NCBI GenBank assembly: GCA_965223345.1
Contig: CBDCWG010000012.1
Span: forward strand, 128,001 to 192,000
Length of the DNA stretch: 64,000 bases
Origin: Nitrospinales bacterium
Lineage (GTDB): Bacteria; Nitrospinota; Nitrospinia; Nitrospinales; VA-1
Reading direction: 5' to 3'
The notes below the pieces were generated by a model that saw only the letters and a list, made by a program, of their open reading frames with translations, was not told where the DNA came from and searched no databases. Positions 59,542-64,000 of the stretch are shown piece after piece. Both the position numbers and the translations under genes were made by a program. Each line of letters starts with the position of its first letter. Within the stretch, counting starts at the first letter, position 1.

Positions 59542-59910
59542 ATGACGAACGAAACACAGACGATGGATCCGGAAACCCTGAGCAAATACCGCGTGGCGGC
59601 GTACGTGTTTCTGGTGCTGAACCTCATCTACGCGGTCCTGGGCTGGCTGTTCATGCCGCCGTTCGCCGAGGGTGTTCCCAAAGAGGTGGTGTGGCTCGGG
59701 GTGATCGTGCTGGTTGTGCTGCTGTTTCCGGTCATCCGCAAAGGCTCGCAGCGCTGGGTGCGTGTGCTCGCGGTGATCTTTTTCATCCGTTCCGTGGGAA
59801 CCGGGTACATGCTGGCGACCCAGGAAACGCTGCCGGTGGTGCCGTTTCTGTTTCCCTGTCTGATGTTCACGTTTTACTTTCTCGGCCGCGCCGGGTGGGA
59901 CTGGCCGTGA
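59542..59910 (+). CDS. Small four-TM membrane protein
   Basis: Four hydrophobic segments; RBS ggag. Confidence 0.7.
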   Translation: MTNETQTMDPETLSKYRVAAYVFLVLNLIYAVLGWLFMPPFAEGVPKEVVWLGVIVLVVLLFPVIRKGSQRWVRVLAVIFFIRSVGTGYMLATQETLPVVPFLFPCLMFTFYFLGRAGWDWP

Positions 59911-59973
59911 GAACCGCGCAAAGCCACGCACACGCCGCAATATCGAATTCCCGCTCATGAGGTCTTTCGCGCC

Positions 59974-61497
59974 ATGAAAACGGTCGTGCTGGACGGAGAA
60001 TCGCTCAACCTGGACGCCGTGCCCGCGCTCGCGGCGGGCAGCAGGCTGCGCGTGGCGGCGGCTTCCCTGAAAAAGATTGAAAAATCGCGCGCCGTCATCG
60101 ACGCGGCCATCGACGAGCAGAAAAAGGTGTACGGCATCACCACCGGCTTCGGCGCACTGAGCGGCGTGGTCATCTCTCCCGCCGACCGCAAAAAACTGCA
60201 AAAGAACATTCTGATGAGCCACGCCGCCGGTGTCGGCAAGCCGTTTGCCGATGAGATCGTGCGGCTCATCCTGGCGCTGATGATCAACAGCAAGGCCAAG
60301 GGCTACTCGGGCCTGAGCCGCGGCACTCTCGAGTCACTGGTGGCGCTGAGCAACAGCGGCCTCATCCCTCTTGTACCCGAAAAAGGCTCGGTGGGGGCGA
60401 GCGGCGACCTGGCGCCGCTGGCGCATCTGTCTCTGGTTCTTCTGGGCCGCGGCAAAGCGAAACACAACGGGCGCTGGCTCGGCGGCGCGGCGGCGCTCAA
60501 ACGGGCGAAGTTGAAACCGGTGACGCTTCTGGAGGGGGAAGGGCTGGCGCTGATCAACGGCACGCAGGTGATGACCGCGCTGGCGGCCTGGACGCTGCAC
60601 CACGCTCTTATCCTGCAATCGATTGCAGACGTCGCGGCGGCGATGAGCCTGGAGGTGCTGCTGGGGTCGAACACGCAGTTTCATGAAAAGATCCACCGCA
60701 TCCGCCCGCACAAGGGGCAGGTCGAATCGGCGGCGAACCTGCGCCGCATCTGCGCGGGCAGCGAGATCATCTCCTCGCACAAAGACTGCGGCCGCGTGCA
60801 GGACGCCTACTCGCTGCGCTGCTCGCCGCAGGTGCACGGGGCGAGCCGCGATGCGGTGCGCTTCGTGCGCGGCGTCGTGGAGGTGGAGATGAACGCGGCG
60901 ACGGAAAACCCGCTGGTGTTTCCGGACGGCCAAATTCTTTCCGGCGGCAATTTCCACGGCGAACCGGTGGCGCAGGCCTGCGATCATCTGGCGGTGGGGC
61001 TGTGCGAATTCGGAAGCATCGCGGAACGCCGCATCGAGCGCATGGTCAACCCCACCCTGAGCGGCCTGCCCTCTTTTCTCATCGAAAGCGAGGGCCTCAA
61101 CTCCGGCTTCATGATCGCGCAATACACGGCCGCGGCGCTGGTCTCGGAAAACAAGGTCCTCGCGCATCCGGCTTCGGTGGATTCGATCCCCACCTCCGCC
61201 AACAAGGAAGACCACGTCAGCATGGGCACGATCGCCGCGCGCCAGGCGAGCGACATCGCCCACAACCTGAAGCACGTGCTGGCCATCGAGCTGTTGTGCG
61301 GCGCGCAGGCGCTGGATGTGTTCACCAACCTGAAACCGGGAAAGGGCACGCTGGCGGCGTACCGGGTGCTGCGCCAGCACGTGCGGCACATGGACAAAGA
61401 CCGGGAGCTGGCGCCGGACATCGAAACGGTGGCAGGGCTGATCGAAAGCGGCGCGCTGATCGATGCGGTGGAAAAGGCGGCGGGCCCGTTGTCATGA
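59974..61497 (+). CDS. hutH: Histidine ammonia-lyase
   Basis: VYGITTGFG, GASGDLAPL (MIO), LMSHAAG (HAL-type SH), QDAYSLRC, EDHVSMG. Confidence 0.93.
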   Translation: MKTVVLDGESLNLDAVPALAAGSRLRVAAASLKKIEKSRAVIDAAIDEQKKVYGITTGFGALSGVVISPADRKKLQKNILMSHAAGVGKPFADEIVRLILALMINSKAKGYSGLSRGTLESLVALSNSGLIPLVPEKGSVGASGDLAPLAHLSLVLLGRGKAKHNGRWLGGAAALKRAKLKPVTLLEGEGLALINGTQVMTALAAWTLHHALILQSIADVAAAMSLEVLLGSNTQFHEKIHRIRPHKGQVESAANLRRICAGSEIISSHKDCGRVQDAYSLRCSPQVHGASRDAVRFVRGVVEVEMNAATENPLVFPDGQILSGGNFHGEPVAQACDHLAVGLCEFGSIAERRIERMVNPTLSGLPSFLIESEGLNSGFMIAQYTAAALVSENKVLAHPASVDSIPTSANKEDHVSMGTIAARQASDIAHNLKHVLAIELLCGAQALDVFTNLKPGKGTLAAYRVLRQHVRHMDKDRELAPDIETVAGLIESGALIDAVEKAAGPLS

Positions 61498-62615
61498 CCG
61501 CGATCCCGGCCACCTTCGTGAAAGCGACGCCGCGGCTGCCGCTGCTCACCGAAACCGGCAAGGCCTGCCTGGGGCTCGCGCATTCCAAATCGCCCGAGCT
61601 GGCGCAGCGGACGCGGGCGATCCTCGACCGGCTGGACGCACTCATCGGCTTTCCCGAAACGGTCGAGGGCGCGCAGAACCAAACCTGCTTCAACCAAATG
61701 GTGCGCGCGGCGTACCCGGAGCTTGCGCTCGATCTTGCGGATCTCATCTACGTGCAGCACGAGCGGCCGGCGGTGTACCTGAACTTCGATCACATCAACA
61801 TCAACCTGCGCCGCGACGCGCCGCCGCAGAACGAGCCGCTGGACATCCTCAACAAACGCATGCAGTCTCTGTTTCTGGAATTGACGCGCACACTGCGCAG
61901 CGATGCGGCTTTGGCGGAGGATGCGGAGCTGGTGCGCCTGCTGAGCGAAAGCTACAGCATCTACCTGCACCGGACCGGCAACTTTCCCTGGGACGATCCG
62001 CTGCCGGATCTGTCGCCGGTGCCGGACGCGCCGGTTCTGGATGTGGCCACCGGGTTGTCGGGATTCTCGCTCATCCACCTCTGGCCGGACAGCCATCCCA
62101 GGCTGATCCTCACCGACTCGATGGCGTTCGTCGTGCAGGCGCTCACGCATTACCGCGATCTTTCCGGCAAGGCCAATGTGGAAATCCTGCAGGTCGAGTT
62201 CGGCCGCGAAGACCCGCCGGTTTCCGGGCTGGGCTGCATCCTCGCCAACAAGTTTCTGCACCACCTTAAGCGGCCCGAGCGCCAGCACTTTCTCGCATGG
62301 GCGTTTGCCAGCCTGAATCCGGGGGCGACGCTGCGCATTCTCGATACGGACCTGGAGCACCACATCCTGAAAAAATCCCGCGAACCCGCCTTCCAGAACA
62401 AACTGATCGCGGGGTATCTGGAAACGCTGGTGGCGATCGAGGCGGACTTCTGCAAGACACTGGTGCTCGACACGCAGAGCGCGGGGTTTTCGGTGCCGCA
62501 TTTCGATTTCAATCAATACGAAGACGAAACCGACGCCTACAGCCAGCTGCCGGGAGAGAACGTGTGCATCCAGTTTCTGGGATTCGAGATCGAGGCGAAA
62601 AAACCCGCCGCTTGA
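61494..62615 (+). CDS. Class I SAM-dependent methyltransferase-fold protein
   Basis: ATGA overlap with hutH; VLDVATGLSG, FLHHL, LNPGATLRILD. Confidence 0.7.
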   Translation: MTAIPATFVKATPRLPLLTETGKACLGLAHSKSPELAQRTRAILDRLDALIGFPETVEGAQNQTCFNQMVRAAYPELALDLADLIYVQHERPAVYLNFDHININLRRDAPPQNEPLDILNKRMQSLFLELTRTLRSDAALAEDAELVRLLSESYSIYLHRTGNFPWDDPLPDLSPVPDAPVLDVATGLSGFSLIHLWPDSHPRLILTDSMAFVVQALTHYRDLSGKANVEILQVEFGREDPPVSGLGCILANKFLHHLKRPERQHFLAWAFASLNPGATLRILDTDLEHHILKKSREPAFQNKLIAGYLETLVAIEADFCKTLVLDTQSAGFSVPHFDFNQYEDETDAYSQLPGENVCIQFLGFEIEAKKPAA

Positions 62616-62616
62616 T

Positions 62617-63006
62617 TCAGCGCGGCTTGGCCGCAGACGGAGCGGTTTTGAGGTGACGGCGGATGGCTTTCCAGTCCGCATCGGCGGCGCGCACCGCCGC
62701 CGCTTCCATCGCGCGGTAGCGGCGCGCCATGCGTTCGCCCAAAGGTGTGAGGCGCGCGCCGCCGCCGCCTTTGCCGCCGGCGGCGCCTTCGACGAGGGGG
62801 CTCTTGAAGCAGCGGTTCATGGTGTCCACCATGTCCCAGGCGCGTTTGTAGCTCATCTGGATGTCGCGCGCGGCTTTCGAGATCGACCCGTTGCGCTCGA
62901 TGGCTTCGAGCAGGTCGATCTTTCCGGGGCCCAGGGCGATCTCGTCTCCGGCCAGGATGCGGATCCGGGGCTTGAAGGCGGGCGTTTTGTTTCGGCTTTT
63001 CGGCAT
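62617..63006 (-). CDS. modE: ModE-family N-terminal wHTH regulator
   Basis: LGPGKIDLLEAIERNGSISKAARDIQMSYKRAW…GGGARLT. Confidence 0.88.
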   Translation of the reverse strand: MPKSRNKTPAFKPRIRILAGDEIALGPGKIDLLEAIERNGSISKAARDIQMSYKRAWDMVDTMNRCFKSPLVEGAAGGKGGGGARLTPLGERMARRYRAMEAAAVRAADADWKAIRRHLKTAPSAAKPR

Positions 63007-63023
63007 GGACGCACCGCGAGGGG

Positions 63024-63872
63024 TCAACGGTTCACCCGCACGATCCCCAGTACATTGGGAACGGGCCAGGACAGGCGGTTGTCGTCGCTCTCGTAGGAAC
63101 CGGAAGAGTAGCTGCCGACAAACTCGTATTCTTTGCTTCCGGACTGGATAAAGAGCTGGGCGTCCTTGCCGCCCTCGACGTACATGGCGCGCTCGAGATC
63201 GATCGGCAGGCGCAGCAGGATATTGATGAGGTCGTGCGTCGAGTAGGGGGAGCGGGAGTGGATGAACAAAAACCGCCCTTTCGCATCGCTGCCGATGGCG
63301 GCGGTGCTCCAGATCCGCTCCTGCGGCGCCCACACGTTCTTGCCGTGGCACGACAGCATGCGGATGCTCTGGACGAGAGAGCGGTACTGTTTGCGCACGC
63401 GGTCGAAATCCTCGCAATCGCGGTCGTAGATGCGCGCCACGGGCAGCGCCCGGTCTTTGGGATCGAAGGCGAGCATGGTCTTGTCCTTGGACAGCCAGGA
63501 ACTGTTGACATGCCCGCCGGTGCGCATGTAGGACACGCTGGTTTTGTTGTCCTTCTGGTACATGCTGGCGTTGATGCCGGCGACCAGGTTGTGGCTTTTC
63601 ACCCATTCGCGCACGGATTTGCGGGTGGCCGGCTTTTCGGCGCTGGCGTTCAGCAGGCGAAACTGAAAGTGGCGGGTGTCGATCCGGAGAATGCGGATGG
63701 TGGAGTCGCCGACCGGGGATTTCTGCGGCGACCGGAAGGTTCCCAGTTCCAGCCCGGGTTCCAGCAGCCGCCAGGCTTTTGCGGACGGGGCGCCGCCGCT
63801 CAAACCCAGGCAAACGGTGAGAAGCGCGAGCGACAGAAATCCGAAGCTGATGGGGGATGCGGTCTGGGTCAA
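63024..63872 (-). CDS. Phosphodiester glycosidase (NAGPA/DUF2233)-like exported protein
   Basis: Signal peptide; AGINASMY, AAIG, AMYVEGG, VPNVLGI. Confidence 0.65.
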   Translation of the reverse strand: MTQTASPISFGFLSLALLTVCLGLSGGAPSAKAWRLLEPGLELGTFRSPQKSPVGDSTIRILRIDTRHFQFRLLNASAEKPATRKSVREWVKSHNLVAGINASMYQKDNKTSVSYMRTGGHVNSSWLSKDKTMLAFDPKDRALPVARIYDRDCEDFDRVRKQYRSLVQSIRMLSCHGKNVWAPQERIWSTAAIGSDAKGRFLFIHSRSPYSTHDLINILLRLPIDLERAMYVEGGKDAQLFIQSGSKEYEFVGSYSSGSYESDDNRLSWPVPNVLGIVRVNR

Positions 63873-64000
63873 GGAGCGTCCTTTATGAAATCAGGGATTT
63901 TTTCTCAACCGCGCGTTTTTTGGCTTTCTTCTCATTCCGCGCCTACCCGGATGAAGGGGAAACCCTGCGGGCAAGCGAACAGGCGTGACCGCCTATGTCT

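Noticed and set aside
61002..63813. ORF-track extensions 61002-62615 and 62617-63813
   Set aside because: The N-terminal extensions overlap hutH and the 63024-63872 gene; the supported starts are 61494 and 63006.
1..64000. tRNA, rRNA or known riboswitches (e.g. c-di-GMP-I near the biofilm and flagellar genes)
   Set aside because: No cloverleaf, rRNA or GEMM signature recognised by eye; an Infernal/tRNAscan run is needed to exclude them.

Overview
GC-rich bacterial chromosomal window from a flagellated diderm. Gene content suggests a Nitrospina-like or deltaproteobacteria-like organism, but that is inference. The standout region (~5.3-29.5 kb) is an expanded curli-like functional-amyloid locus. 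Nine secreted curlin-repeat genes lie in a minus-strand tandem array (order B-C-A-A-B-C-A-A-D), divergent from an operon of a CsgG-family lipoprotein plus two further curlin-repeat proteins. Seven of the nine array genes, the csgG operon and an unannotated secreted protein each carry their own sigma-54 (-24/-12) promoter. Most also have a phased IHF-like site and a CCATGCATGG palindrome about 85 bp upstream. A membrane CHASE2-AAA+ sigma-54 activator lies on one flank and a Crp / CHASE2 cyclase / FecR / TPR-beta-barrel module on the other; no csgD, csgE or csgF is recognisable. The rest of the window holds a caspase-like/FGE protein, leuCD-type genes, aroDE, an NrtR-nrtX-nrtY unit with visible operators, flagellar genes (fliD, flagellin, FlgN-like, sigma-28 promoter), a second sigma-54 activator, a frameshifted mnmE with yidC-yidD-rnpA-rpmH, a Pal/OmpA protein, tyrS, hutH and modE. 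All calls come from reading motifs by eye; no database searches were run.
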